Positions 9,715 through 20,433 of a stretch of 64,000 bases of DNA are shown here, piece after piece. Under the pieces are notes generated by a model. The model saw only the letters and a list, made by a program, of their open reading frames with translations, was not told the origin of the DNA and made no database searches. Position 1 is the stretch's first letter; every line of letters starts with the position of its first letter. Source of the DNA: an uncultured bacterium (GTDB lineage Bacteria > Vulcanimicrobiota > CADAWZ01); contig CADASF010000005.1 in assembly GCA_902790465.1 (NCBI GenBank), positions 70,039 through 134,038 on the forward strand. The letters are read 5' to 3'. The position numbers and the translations under genes are program-made.

Positions 9715-10278
9715 ATGACAATTAATGAAGAACTTTTGCCTAAAGAACGAAAAAAAAATGGCTTTGATATTGTAACTGTTTTATTTTTATTTATGTTTGT
9801 ATTTACATTCATATGTTGTTATTTATATACAATGAGACTTGAAGTTGAAGTAGATCACCAAAAAAAAGAAATTGCTGAATTACAAGCGAAAATTGAGCAA
9901 GAAAAAAAAGGATTTGAAGATATAAAAAAATTAAGAAAGAATATTATTGAATTAAAAAATGATATAGTTTTTTATAATATTGGTGGTCAAGAGATTTTTG
10001 GTGAATTATCTTCTCTTATTCCAAATAATATGAAGTTAAATGATATTTCTATAACTTTTTCTAAGGATCACTCTAAGCCTTCGACATTAACACTTTCTGG
10101 AGTCGTTATTGAAAAACAAGGAACTAAACCTGACGAATCTGTTTCTAATTTTGTAAAAAACATAAAAAAATCAAAATATTTTAAAAATACCACAATTACG
10201 AATAATCCGACTAAATCTAAAACTACTAAAGATAAATATTATTGGAATATAGAAATTAAATACAATGATGAAGTTTAA
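9715..10278 (+). CDS. Hypothetical bitopic membrane protein (TM + coiled coil; PilN-like topology)
   Basis: Single N-terminal TM, heptad-repeat region and a C-terminal beta-rich domain. Confidence 0.35.
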   Translation: MTINEELLPKERKKNGFDIVTVLFLFMFVFTFICCYLYTMRLEVEVDHQKKEIAELQAKIEQEKKGFEDIKKLRKNIIELKNDIVFYNIGGQEIFGELSSLIPNNMKLNDISITFSKDHSKPSTLTLSGVVIEKQGTKPDESVSNFVKNIKKSKYFKNTTITNNPTKSKTTKDKYYWNIEIKYNDEV

Positions 10279-10293
10279 AGGAGTTGACAAAAT

Positions 10294-10617
10294 ATGGGAC
10301 TTATTCCAAATATAATGAAAATATTTATTGGATTAATTGTAATTGTTTTTATTGTTGCTATATTTTGGGCTACTTCTTGGCGAACACAAATGGAAGAAAT
10401 TAAATATTGCAAAAAGATGATTGTAGAAGAAAACTATAGGTTAGATCAAATTCGCAGAGATAAAGAAGAAATACCTAAATTGATTGCAATGATAAGGCAT
10501 TTGCAGGCAGAGTTTCAAACAGTTAAAGTACAGCTTATAGCAGATTTTAACGATGCAGAAAAGCCACTTGTTAAAAAACAGAAACAAATTATTGAACAAC
10601 AAAAGAAACAAAAATAA
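10294..10617 (+). CDS. Small membrane protein with coiled coil (PilO/FtsB-like topology)
   Basis: TM helix followed by a charged coiled coil. Confidence 0.35.
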   Translation: MGLIPNIMKIFIGLIVIVFIVAIFWATSWRTQMEEIKYCKKMIVEENYRLDQIRRDKEEIPKLIAMIRHLQAEFQTVKVQLIADFNDAEKPLVKKQKQIIEQQKKQK

Positions 10618-10635
10618 CAATAAAGGTTTAATAAT

Positions 10636-11454
10636 ATGGATGAAATTTTAAAAATATTCGGTGGAGGCGGTGGAGAGGAAGATAATTCCAACTCCAATTT
10701 TGGGCAATCCTCACAGCAACAGGGAGGAAGAAGTCGTGAACAATCTCTTCCAGGAGGTGGAGGAGTTTGGGAATTTGAAATGCCTGATGGTGGGATTCAA
10801 GAATGGCAACAGCAACAGAGACAGCAGGAACAGAGAAGAAGCAATGTATATAATCTTCCTGCTCCTGAAGCAGACCGTTCTGGAATGCCTATGCAACAAC
10901 CAATGCAAGACATGGATATGAACCAAAATAATTTTCCGCCTGAATATGAGCTTGAACCTGGAATTGAAAATGCCTCTTCTTTTGCTGTACCAGGTGGTGT
11001 ACCTTCTTCTGAAATACAAGTAACAGAAAGTACAATAGAAGGATACATGAAGACCATGGGCATTATGTCTGAAAAAGTGGATACATGCCTTTGGACGATG
11101 AAATATGAAGGTGGAGCTAAAGATTACGATGTTTATATCGAATTGACAGCTACTTCAGTTAGGATAGTCCTTCCAATATTGGAAAGAGTTAGAGATGTAT
11201 GCAGAGAGAAAGTTTGGTATCATCTTTTGAGATTGAATTATGTTACAGATGATATTGTTATTGGATTAAATAAAAGAGATGAAGTTTTTATGACTTCTGT
11301 TATACCTATAAAATATATATCTTATGATGATTTTAAAAAATCATTGACATATATTTTTACAATGGTTGATGAATTATATCCTGAATTATTATTCTTATCA
11401 CAAAAGACAACTGCCGTTTCAAGTTTTCTCCAAGAAGGAGGAGGAGCAAAATAA
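10636..11454 (+). CDS. Hypothetical protein; low-complexity Gly/Gln N-terminus and a YbjN-like C-terminal domain
   Basis: GGGGEED..QQQ region, then a globular C-terminus resembling the YbjN / T3SS-chaperone-like fold. Weak call. Confidence 0.3.
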   Translation: MDEILKIFGGGGGEEDNSNSNFGQSSQQQGGRSREQSLPGGGGVWEFEMPDGGIQEWQQQQRQQEQRRSNVYNLPAPEADRSGMPMQQPMQDMDMNQNNFPPEYELEPGIENASSFAVPGGVPSSEIQVTESTIEGYMKTMGIMSEKVDTCLWTMKYEGGAKDYDVYIELTATSVRIVLPILERVRDVCREKVWYHLLRLNYVTDDIVIGLNKRDEVFMTSVIPIKYISYDDFKKSLTYIFTMVDELYPELLFLSQKTTAVSSFLQEGGGAK

Positions 11455-11456
11455 GC

Positions 11457-12854
11457 GTGCAGGTTAAAAAAAATGTTATTTTGATTATGTTGGGCTGTTT
11501 TATTATAAGATTTATCTTTATTTTTGCAAAAGATATTTCTGTTGATGAATCAGCTCTTCTTTTTATTTCTAAATATCCACTTTTTGAAATAGTAAATGTA
11601 ATGAGATCTTGTGGTGAAGTTCACCCTCCATTATATTTCTTTTTTTGCCATTTTTGGCAGATGTTGGGAAATAGTGAATTTATTTTAAGGCTGTCGTCTG
11701 TTATATTTTCTTCACTTTCAGTTCCCATTATTTGGCTTTTGACTTTTGAAATATCTAAATCTGAAAAAATATCATATTTAGCAACAATATTATTTTGCAT
11801 TTCCTCTTTTGATATAGAATTTGCATGTGAATTTCGCATGTATTCCTGTTTAACTTTTTTATTTTTGTGTGCCATTTATACTTGTTTAAAATATTTAGAT
11901 ACAGAAGAAAATAAATATTTGATTGCAAACATAATAGTAGGATTAATTGGGGTATCTGTTCATTTTCTTTTTATATTTTGCATATTGGCAGAATTGATAA
12001 TATATTTATTAAACAAGAAAATAAAAGATTGTCTATATCAATTAATTCCAATAAGTCTATTTTGTTATTATTTTTTCACAACAAAAAGTCAGGATATGAC
12101 TATAAGAGAAACACCTGATATGTGGCATTTGGTGATGTTATTTTCAAAAATGTTAGCAGGTGAGGGGTTTTTGCCTACTTATGGAATTGCTGATCCTTGG
12201 GATGAACCTATTTTAATATTCGGGGGAATAGGATTATTGTTTTTTATTCCTTGTTTTTTGTTATATTTGGATAAATCAAAATATTTATTGATTACATTGT
12301 CCTCTTTTTTTATACCTGTATTTCTTTTGTCTTGTTTTACAAATATAAAGATATTTGAGTATAAATATTTTGTTGTTATGTTTCCTTTTTTCATAATAAC
12401 TATAAGTATTCTGATAACCAAGTTAACTCAGAGTATGAACTTTACTCTCCTTTTTTTGTTGATATTTATACCAGCAAATATTTTTTCTTCAATATCCCTA
12501 TTTTATGATTCTAATTTTAAAGGTCCAGATTGGAGAGCAACAGCTCAATTTATAGAAAATAATTGTAAAGAAGATGAATTGGCAGTTGTATTTCCTTCAA
12601 TGATGAGTTTGCCTGTAGATTATTATTTGAAGAGAAAAAAACAATTACTTCCTGCAAATAAAATAGACAAAAATTTTGTTGAAATTGCAAGTGGGTTTAA
12701 AAATATTTGGTTTTGTTCTCTAACAAATCATCCTTATGTATTAAAAGAAAAGCCAAATGAAATACTTCAATATATTTATGTGGAAAAGAAAAAAATAGAA
12801 ATTGAATCTCATCAAAGTAAAGATTCAATTTCTATAGTTAAGTATAGTATATAG
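11457..12854 (+). CDS. Polytopic membrane glycosyltransferase (GT39/GT83 ArnT/PMT-like)
   Basis: About 11 predicted TM helices. GTG start. Similar to dolichyl-phosphate-mannose / 4-amino-arabinose transferase family architecture. Confidence 0.45.
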   Translation: MQVKKNVILIMLGCFIIRFIFIFAKDISVDESALLFISKYPLFEIVNVMRSCGEVHPPLYFFFCHFWQMLGNSEFILRLSSVIFSSLSVPIIWLLTFEISKSEKISYLATILFCISSFDIEFACEFRMYSCLTFLFLCAIYTCLKYLDTEENKYLIANIIVGLIGVSVHFLFIFCILAELIIYLLNKKIKDCLYQLIPISLFCYYFFTTKSQDMTIRETPDMWHLVMLFSKMLAGEGFLPTYGIADPWDEPILIFGGIGLLFFIPCFLLYLDKSKYLLITLSSFFIPVFLLSCFTNIKIFEYKYFVVMFPFFIITISILITKLTQSMNFTLLFLLIFIPANIFSSISLFYDSNFKGPDWRATAQFIENNCKEDELAVVFPSMMSLPVDYYLKRKKQLLPANKIDKNFVEIASGFKNIWFCSLTNHPYVLKEKPNEILQYIYVEKKKIEIESHQSKDSISIVKYSI

Positions 12855-12857
12855 CTT

Positions 12858-13787
12858 TTATTGAAATAATATTGATGATAAGTATCTTTCACCTGTATCA
12901 GGTATGATAACGACGACATTTAAATTTTTATCTTCTTGTCGCTCTATTGCCTTTAAACCTGCACAAAAGGCAGCACCACCAGAAAAACCACAGAAAATAC
13001 CGTATTTTTGAGCTAAAATTCTTGCATGTGAAATTGATTCATCGTTTGTTATTTTTTCAACTCTGTCAATCATTGACAAATCGAGTGTTTTGGGGATAAA
13101 TCCAGCACCTATTCCTTGTATTTTGTGTGAACCTGATTTTATTTCTTCGTTTGCCAATTTTTGACTTATCACAGGAGAAGTTGCAGGCTCAACAGCTATT
13201 GAACAAATCTTTTTTTGTCTGTCAATTTTTATGTATTGTGATACTCCACTAAATGTGCCACCTGTACCGACACCTGCTACAAAAACATCAATATTTCCAT
13301 CGAGATCATCCCAAATCTCAGGACCTGTAGTCATTCTGTGTATTTTTGCATTTACAGGATTTTCAAATTGGTTAGGAATGAAATATTTATCGCTTTCGCT
13401 TGCAAGTTTTTTTGCTTCATTGACAGAACCTGTCATTCCTTTAGCTCCTTCTGTCAATATTACCTTAGCTCCAAATGCTTTTATTAAGTTTCTTCTCTCA
13501 ATGCTCATTGTTTCAGGCATTGTCAAAGCTACTTCAAATCCGAGTGAAGCACCTATCTGAGCAAGTGCTATACCAGTGTTTCCACTTGTAGGCTCTAAAA
13601 TGGTCATGCCTTCTTTTAATTTACCTGTTTTTAATGCCTCGTCAATCATTGCATTTGCGAGACGGCTTTTTACAGAACCTGAAACATTTCTGCCTTCAAG
13701 TTTTAAAAATAGATTTGAATTTTTGTGTTTTATTCTTACAAGAGGAGTATGTCCGATAGTGAATTTTTCTAAATCATAATATCTCAT
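12858..13787 (-). CDS. cysK: Cysteine synthase A (O-acetylserine sulfhydrylase)
   Basis: PLP-lysine motif SVKSRLA and the SGNTG Gly-rich loop. Confidence 0.9.
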   Translation of the reverse strand: MRYYDLEKFTIGHTPLVRIKHKNSNLFLKLEGRNVSGSVKSRLANAMIDEALKTGKLKEGMTILEPTSGNTGIALAQIGASLGFEVALTMPETMSIERRNLIKAFGAKVILTEGAKGMTGSVNEAKKLASESDKYFIPNQFENPVNAKIHRMTTGPEIWDDLDGNIDVFVAGVGTGGTFSGVSQYIKIDRQKKICSIAVEPATSPVISQKLANEEIKSGSHKIQGIGAGFIPKTLDLSMIDRVEKITNDESISHARILAQKYGIFCGFSGGAAFCAGLKAIERQEDKNLNVVVIIPDTGERYLSSILFQ

Positions 13788-14013
13788 GTTTTGTCTGTCC
13801 TTTTTTTGTTATTATGTTTTATTTATTTTCTTTGACAATTTCTATTTTTCCTTTTATAAATTTGATGAAATTTGAGCAAGAAATAATATTTAGATATAAG
13901 CTATTTTGGGGGTTTTGCAATGCAATAAAGGATTTTATTTTATTTCCTTCGAATTTTGTTTTTTATAAAAAATATACATATATTTTTTATAAAAAGATAA
14001 AATTGGAGGTTTT

Positions 14014-14859
14014 ATGATTAAGAAAAATATTGGATATTTGATAGCTTGTTTATTTTTTGTGGCTATCATTGTTTCAGCTTGTGGTGGTGATGGTAAAACT
14101 TTACCACCAGATAATTCATCTCTTTATTATTTGTTGGCTCAACAACAAAATGAACCAGTTCCTGAACCTATTCCGACTCCTTCTCCTACAGTATCTCCTG
14201 ATCCTGAGCCAGAACCAGAGCCTACGACTGAGCCTGAACCGACTCCAGTAAATCCATTTGCAGAAGCTCAGGAAGGTGATGAAGTTGAGTTTGGAAATTA
14301 TCCTCAGACTGCAGATGGTGAGGTACAGCCAATAAAATGGCGTGTCTTATCAAGAGATGATGATAAAAAGGAGTTATTGGCACTTTCCGTTAATGTTCTT
14401 GATTCAGTTCGTTTTGATGGTGATTCAACTGATTGGGGAAATAGTGAGATTCGTAGTTGGTTAAATGGTGATGATTTTTATAATAAAGTTTTAGATGATG
14501 GAACAGCTGTATTTACAGAGGCAGAGAAGAGTTTTATAAAGCCAGTAGTTCTTACAGATGTAGATATGACTGAGTCAGATAATGTGTTTTTATTGAGTGG
14601 TGATTGGAACCGTAATGGTGAGGCAAATGCTTATTTTGCAAATGATTCTGCAAGAATGTGTAGAGCAACAGAATATGCAGTAGCAAATGGTGTTTGGGTA
14701 GCAACTTCAGGATTTTATGCAGGTAATTGTTTATGGTGGTTGCGTACTGCTAATAATTCTAAGTATGTTTATTATGTTCTCAGTGCTGGGAACATCGGCT
14801 GCAACGATCCAAACTTTAAAAACCCTGGTGTTAGGCCCGCTTTGTGGATAAATCTTTAA
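14014..14859 (+). CDS. Lipoprotein with Pro/Glu/Thr-rich linker
   Basis: Signal peptide plus lipobox (VSAC). PEPEPT low-complexity spacer and a globular C-terminal domain. Confidence 0.5.
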   Translation: MIKKNIGYLIACLFFVAIIVSACGGDGKTLPPDNSSLYYLLAQQQNEPVPEPIPTPSPTVSPDPEPEPEPTTEPEPTPVNPFAEAQEGDEVEFGNYPQTADGEVQPIKWRVLSRDDDKKELLALSVNVLDSVRFDGDSTDWGNSEIRSWLNGDDFYNKVLDDGTAVFTEAEKSFIKPVVLTDVDMTESDNVFLLSGDWNRNGEANAYFANDSARMCRATEYAVANGVWVATSGFYAGNCLWWLRTANNSKYVYYVLSAGNIGCNDPNFKNPGVRPALWINL

Positions 14860-15292
14860 TCTTTTAATCTTTAATTTTATCTTAAATCGTATCCATAAAT
14901 CTTGCGCCTTTAGGCGCTAATCTAAAGAAATACGAAGTTATGTTGAAATAATTATTTGGGAATGAATTTAAAAAGAGTTTAAAAATGTTTTTGTCCTGGC
15001 CTAAGGCTGGGTCGCTTTTTTTTTATAATTGACATTTTTTGTACTTGGTTTTATATAAAATAAAGAAAGGATTCAGATGTTGCGAAAGCAGATAACAAAC
15101 TATTTAATTTTTTCACAGACCCTTTGGTTAGAGTTGTGCTAAATAAAAACTCTGTTCTTCAGGTGGAATATTTAACATTTGATTAAATAATTTGGTTTTA
15201 TCATTTGCTTTCAAGACTTCTGAAGGAAAAAGGATTATTTATGGATAAAAAATATTTTCAAATAATTTTTATTGAGGAATTTTGTTAAATAG

Positions 15293-17101
15293 ATGAACGA
15301 TAGAATGAGCAGAATAAGAAATTTCTGCATTATTGCACATATAGACCACGGAAAATCGACACTTGCTGATAGATTGCTTGAAGCAACAAATACTATTTCA
15401 AAAAGAGAAATGGAAGAGCAAGTTCTTGATAAAATGGATTTGGAGAGGGAGAGAGGCATAACTATTAAATCTCACCCTGTTACACTTACATATAAACACA
15501 CGGACGGAATTGAATATCAATTAAATTTGATTGATACACCAGGACATGTTGATTTTTCTTATGAAGTTTCGAGAAGTCTTGCTGCCTGTGAAGGGGCTTT
15601 GTTAATCGTTGATGCCTCACAAGGTGTCGAGGCACAGACAATGGCAAATTTTTTCCTTGCACTTGACAATGATCTTGAAATAGTTCCAGTTATAAATAAG
15701 ATTGATTTGCCTGCTGCCGATCCAGAAAAAGTTATTTCTGAAATTGAAGATATATTGGCACTTCCTGCAACTGACGCTATTTTAGCTTCGGCAAAAAAAG
15801 GAATAGGAACGGAAGATGTTTTATCTGCGTTGGTAGAACGATTACCACCTCCTAAAGGTGATGAGGATAAACCTTTGAGGGCATTGATTTTTGATTCACA
15901 ATATGATTCTTACAGAGGTGTTATTCTTTTTGTAAGAATTATGGATGGAAAAATAACAAAAGGCACACAGATAAAATTGATGTCGAATGGTAAAACCTAT
16001 GAGACAGAAGAAATAGGCATTTTTAAGCCTGACATGGTCAAAACAGATTGCCTAATGGCTGGAGATGTTGGTTATATCTGTGCTCAGATAAAAGACATAA
16101 GAGATACTCGTGTTGGAGATACTGTTACACTTGCACAAGACGGAGCAGAAGAACCTCTCCCAGGTTATAGGGATGTTCAGCCAATGGTGTATTGTGGTAT
16201 ATATACGACAGATAATATTTATTATGAATCTCTTAGAAATGCACTTGAAAAATTACAGTTAAATGACGCAGCACTCGTTTTTGAGCAGGAAAAATCACTT
16301 GCACTTGGTTTTGGTTTTAGATGTGGATTTTTGGGACTTTTACACATGGAAATTGTGGAGGAGAGAATTGAAAGAGAATATGGTCTTGACATAATAGGAA
16401 CAGCTCCTTCAGTTGTATATAAAGTTTATCTTACTGACGGAAGTCAGATTGACATACAAAATCCATCTGAATTGCCTGATCCTACAAAGATTAACAGAAT
16501 TGAAGAACCTATTGTGAAGGCTTCGATTATTTGTCCAAATGATTTTACTGGACCAGTTATGGAATTGTGTCAATCAAAAAGAGGCATTTTCAAAAATATG
16601 ACAAGTTATGTTGACGGTCGATTCATGTTGACTTATGAATTGCCGTTTGGTGAAATAATAACAGATTTCTTTGACAAATTGAAATCTGTTACTCGTGGAT
16701 ATGCTTCACTTGACTATGAATTGATTGGTTATAGAGAGTCAGATTTAATGAAAGTTGAAATTCTTGTCAATTCAGAAAAAGTTGATGCACTTTCTTTGAT
16801 TGTACATAAATCTAATTCTTATGAGCAGGCAAGGCGACTTTGTGAAAATCTGAAAGACACGATTCCTCGCCACATGTTCCAAATTCCAATTCAGGCTGCT
16901 GCAAATGGGAGAATAATAGCGAGAGAAACTATATCACCATTCCGCAAAAATGTTATTGCAAAGTGTTATGGTGGTGATATTTCGAGAAAGAGAAAACTTC
17001 TTGAAAAACAAAAAGAAGGTAAAAAGAGGATGAAAACAATTGGAAGTGTTGATATTCCTCAAGAGGCTTTCTTAGCTGTGCTTAAAACAAAAGAGGAGTG
17101 A
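15293..17101 (+). CDS. lepA: Translation elongation factor 4
   Basis: [17 protein letters not shown] and NKIDL motifs. LepA-specific C-terminal domain. Confidence 0.95.
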   Translation: MNDRMSRIRNFCIIAHIDHGKSTLADRLLEATNTISKREMEEQVLDKMDLERERGITIKSHPVTLTYKHTDGIEYQLNLIDTPGHVDFSYEVSRSLAACEGALLIVDASQGVEAQTMANFFLALDNDLEIVPVINKIDLPAADPEKVISEIEDILALPATDAILASAKKGIGTEDVLSALVERLPPPKGDEDKPLRALIFDSQYDSYRGVILFVRIMDGKITKGTQIKLMSNGKTYETEEIGIFKPDMVKTDCLMAGDVGYICAQIKDIRDTRVGDTVTLAQDGAEEPLPGYRDVQPMVYCGIYTTDNIYYESLRNALEKLQLNDAALVFEQEKSLALGFGFRCGFLGLLHMEIVEERIEREYGLDIIGTAPSVVYKVYLTDGSQIDIQNPSELPDPTKINRIEEPIVKASIICPNDFTGPVMELCQSKRGIFKNMTSYVDGRFMLTYELPFGEIITDFFDKLKSVTRGYASLDYELIGYRESDLMKVEILVNSEKVDALSLIVHKSNSYEQARRLCENLKDTIPRHMFQIPIQAAANGRIIARETISPFRKNVIAKCYGGDISRKRKLLEKQKEGKKRMKTIGSVDIPQEAFLAVLKTKEE

Positions 17102-17262
17102 AAACCTGCCTATTTGATACACGCCCTAACATTCCAAATTGTTTTCATCATAAAAAGACGAAAGACTGAAAGACGAAAGACTAAAGGAAATTTTGCAATA
17201 AAAGAAAATATATAATTTATATATTTTTAAATTGTTTTGTAATTTTTAAGGAGAAAAAATAT

Positions 17263-17721
17263 ATGGCTACAACAGGATTTTTGCTTTTGTGTGATTTTGC
17301 TTCAAGAGCAATAGGCGGAAAATTGAATATCATGGGAATTTATGAGAGGATAATGGTAAATGAATTGCCAGTCAGAATTCCACATGCTTATATAGTTGTA
17401 AGAATCCTCATTGATCCAAGTGAAGCAGGACAGAAACATGAGTTTAAGCTCGATATGGTAAACGCTGAAGACAAAGAGATGATGAAACTTGAAGGTTTCT
17501 TCGATGTTCCACCACTACCACCAGATTTTGAAGCAGAAGAACTCAGACATGACGAAATTTTCCCACTTTATGGACCAGTATTTGAAGAAGAGGGAGAATA
17601 CTTGCTCAGAATGTGGCTTGATGGTGAACTCGACACAACAGAGCCTCTTTATATAAATATGATAAAGAAAAGTGAAGATCAAAAGAGATCTACAAACAAA
17701 AAAGATAAAAAAGATAAATAG
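17263..17721 (+). CDS. Hypothetical protein
   Basis: ORF with a good RBS (AAGGAGA). Lys-rich C-terminal tail. Confidence 0.4.
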   Translation: MATTGFLLLCDFASRAIGGKLNIMGIYERIMVNELPVRIPHAYIVVRILIDPSEAGQKHEFKLDMVNAEDKEMMKLEGFFDVPPLPPDFEAEELRHDEIFPLYGPVFEEEGEYLLRMWLDGELDTTEPLYINMIKKSEDQKRSTNKKDKKDK

Positions 17722-17776
17722 TAATATTTTTTTCAAAGACCTAAAAATCAAAAATACTGAAATTGGAGTGTAACAA

Positions 17777-19312
17777 ATGGCAATCGAAAAAAAAAATTTT
17801 GGACTTTGTGAAATTTGTTTAGGAATAAATTCAATAGATTCCTATAAGTGTGTTATGGAAAATATTGCAAAAAAAATTGTCGAAGAACTCGATTTCATAG
17901 ATGCCTCAATGATAAGAATGTCAGACAGGACATGTAAAAAACTTGAAATCGCTTCTTATTGTGGTTTGAGTGATAATTATATTCACAAAGGTGATATACT
18001 CCTAAGTGAAAGCGAAGTAGGAAGAAGAGTTTTTATCGAAGGAGAAACAGTTGTTTTAAATTTGAGCGATGAAAATGACAGAAAGAGCGTTCAGTATTTT
18101 GATTTTGTTGAAAAAGAGAAAATTACTTCCATCATCACAGCTCCAATGAAAACATCTACATACTGCATGGGAATTTTGAGAGGATATTCAAGAACATTAA
18201 CTTCTTTCACTCCTGAACAGATAGAGCTATTTTCTCGTTATGCTTCCCAAGCAGCAATAGCAGTTGAAACATTCAGATCTATGAAGCGTATGAAAACTCT
18301 TGTCGAGTTTTCACAAAAGGTAAACTCTTCATTAAATCTTGAAGAAATATTGGACACAGCTGTAGAATACGCTGCCGAAGGACTTAATTTAAAAGGTGCT
18401 TCTATCAGAATATATGAAAACAGAACTGGTCAAATGGAATTGATGGCTTCTTATGGACTTAGTGAAGTCTTTTTGAGTACAGGACTTCACAACCTCACAT
18501 ATATGCCTATAGACCAAGAAATTATGAAGGGCAACTCCCTCTATATTCCAGATGTAGGAAAAGATGAGAGATTTAAACGCCAAGATATGGCAGAAAAGGA
18601 AAAAGTCGTATCCCTTTTCGGTCTTCCATTAGCTTCTTCTGAAAGAGCATTCGGAGTTTTGAGAGTTTATTCAACTGCAGTATATAATTTCTCTGAAGAT
18701 GAAATAAACTACCTAAAGGTTTTGGCAAATCAGACATCTATAGCGATACAAAATGCACATCAAATAGAAAGACTTCACAGACTTTCACTCGTTACAAATG
18801 CAATGAATAAAAGTCTCAGTAAAGATGAAGTATTTAAACAGATTGTATCTGGTCTATATGAAGCAACAGCTTCTGTAGGAAGTGCATTGTTTATATGGCA
18901 ACCATCATTTTCTCGCTTTACTTTAAAAGCATTTTATGGAAATGTTTCAGAAGAATCATTGCAGGCTGTTCAGCAAAAATATGATGACGATTCTGAACAT
19001 GAATTATATGATAAAAATATAACAATAAATGACATTTCTGTAAGCGAATTAAAGCAGTTGGGAATTAAGTCAGCAATAAGGATTCCTATCATTTTGAAAG
19101 ACCGTGTAATTGGATTGATTCTCTGCTTTATATCTGAAAGACATGACAATCACATTTCAGAAAGTGAAAATGAATTTTTCAAGGCATTGTCAAATGCTGC
19201 AGCTACAGCAATAAGCAACATGAAACAATATGAAAAAGTCAACAAAAAATACATGGATATGGTTGATGATGTTTTCGTTTGGTATGATGGATATTCAAGA
19301 GGTCTTGAATAA
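17777..19312 (+). CDS. Multi-GAF-domain protein
   Basis: Three GAF-like repeats. No output domain. Confidence 0.6.
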   Translation: MAIEKKNFGLCEICLGINSIDSYKCVMENIAKKIVEELDFIDASMIRMSDRTCKKLEIASYCGLSDNYIHKGDILLSESEVGRRVFIEGETVVLNLSDENDRKSVQYFDFVEKEKITSIITAPMKTSTYCMGILRGYSRTLTSFTPEQIELFSRYASQAAIAVETFRSMKRMKTLVEFSQKVNSSLNLEEILDTAVEYAAEGLNLKGASIRIYENRTGQMELMASYGLSEVFLSTGLHNLTYMPIDQEIMKGNSLYIPDVGKDERFKRQDMAEKEKVVSLFGLPLASSERAFGVLRVYSTAVYNFSEDEINYLKVLANQTSIAIQNAHQIERLHRLSLVTNAMNKSLSKDEVFKQIVSGLYEATASVGSALFIWQPSFSRFTLKAFYGNVSEESLQAVQQKYDDDSEHELYDKNITINDISVSELKQLGIKSAIRIPIILKDRVIGLILCFISERHDNHISESENEFFKALSNAAATAISNMKQYEKVNKKYMDMVDDVFVWYDGYSRGLE

Positions 19313-19336
19313 TTTTATTCTCTAAACTATAACAAT

Positions 19337-19536
19337 AAAAAGGGGCTGTGAAAAAAATATTTTTTTCACAGCCTTTTTTTTATATAATCTTCGTAAATTA
19401 ACTCGTTGTGCTAAATGCAAAAAAACAAGTAAATAAAAGTTGCTATAAACTATCCAATATATGCCTGTATACTGCCACTTTGTCATTGCGAGGGAGCTGT
19501 GCGACCGTGGCATTTACTTTTTTCACAGCCCCTTTT
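19337..19536. repeat. MITE-like element, full-length copy C (about 200 bp). Its terminal inverted repeats (AAAGGGGCTGTGAAAAAA) double as the terminator hairpin of the GAF gene.
   Basis: Left hairpin at 19344-19373. Internal core is identical to copies A and B. The right end, ttttttcacagcccc, is the reverse complement of the left end. Confidence 0.65.
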
Positions 19537-19545
19537 ATATATTTA

Positions 19546-20220
19546 CTAATTTTTGATTAACTCAAGTTTTACGCTGACTCTTGTCTTTACAACTAAATCA
19601 TTTTGTGGAACTTCAACAGTTGTATTTGTTTCAACTTCTGATTTGATCAATCTGCCTCTTACATAGTCAAACAATGTTGAACCTGTTGCCGATATTTTCT
19701 GATTTACTCCTTCTTGAATTTCTGAAGATGTTTCTGGGCAACTTACTTTTATTTCTGCAGAATCCATTCCTTTATATTTTGATATATCCCAAAGTATATA
19801 TCTGTAATTAAGTTCTAATGGTTCTGATTTACCTTTTATATTTATTTTACTAATAGATGTCCATATATCTTTTTTCTTTTTTGCACCTTCAGGAAAAGAG
19901 GGTTGTGAAAAATCTACAGGAACGCTTGTATATATTATTTCACCATTTTTTTTCATTTTCATTGTTATTTTTTGTCCTGTATTTGGAAGTGGAACAGATT
20001 GTTCGCCACTTATAACAACTCCAGATTTTATGGTAACATCTACTGTAGAAATACCAGAAGAATCAACATCTGTTGTTTCTTGGGACATAACAAATTGTAT
20101 TTTGGTTATATTACTTTTTATTTGACCTTTTTCTATAATAGATTGCTTATTTTCTATCATGCTACCATAAGTAACTATATCGCCTTTTTTTGACTTGTAT
20201 TCAAGATAAATGGAATCCAT
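19546..20220 (-). CDS. Hypothetical protein
   Basis: ORF only. Beta-rich. Confidence 0.4.
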   Translation of the reverse strand: MDSIYLEYKSKKGDIVTYGSMIENKQSIIEKGQIKSNITKIQFVMSQETTDVDSSGISTVDVTIKSGVVISGEQSVPLPNTGQKITMKMKKNGEIIYTSVPVDFSQPSFPEGAKKKKDIWTSISKINIKGKSEPLELNYRYILWDISKYKGMDSAEIKVSCPETSSEIQEGVNQKISATGSTLFDYVRGRLIKSEVETNTTVEVPQNDLVVKTRVSVKLELIKN

Positions 20221-20433
20221 TTGAACACCTCTGTAAAAAATCTTTTATAATTTTATATATTCAAGAATTAAAAATATATTTCCTGTACAAATATTTTTTT
20301 GAATTACAGCAATTTTGAAATAATATTATAAAATTTTTCTTAAAAAATGTTTAAAAAAAAAGGCTGTTAAATCACATAATTAGAATATGTATATATATAA
20401 TATCAAATATAAAAAGGTTCGTAGGTTAAATTT

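Noticed and set aside
10515-11063. Minus-strand ORFs 10515-10697, 10711-11019 and 10797-11063
   Set aside because: They are antisense to the 10636-11454 CDS, low complexity, with no RBS.
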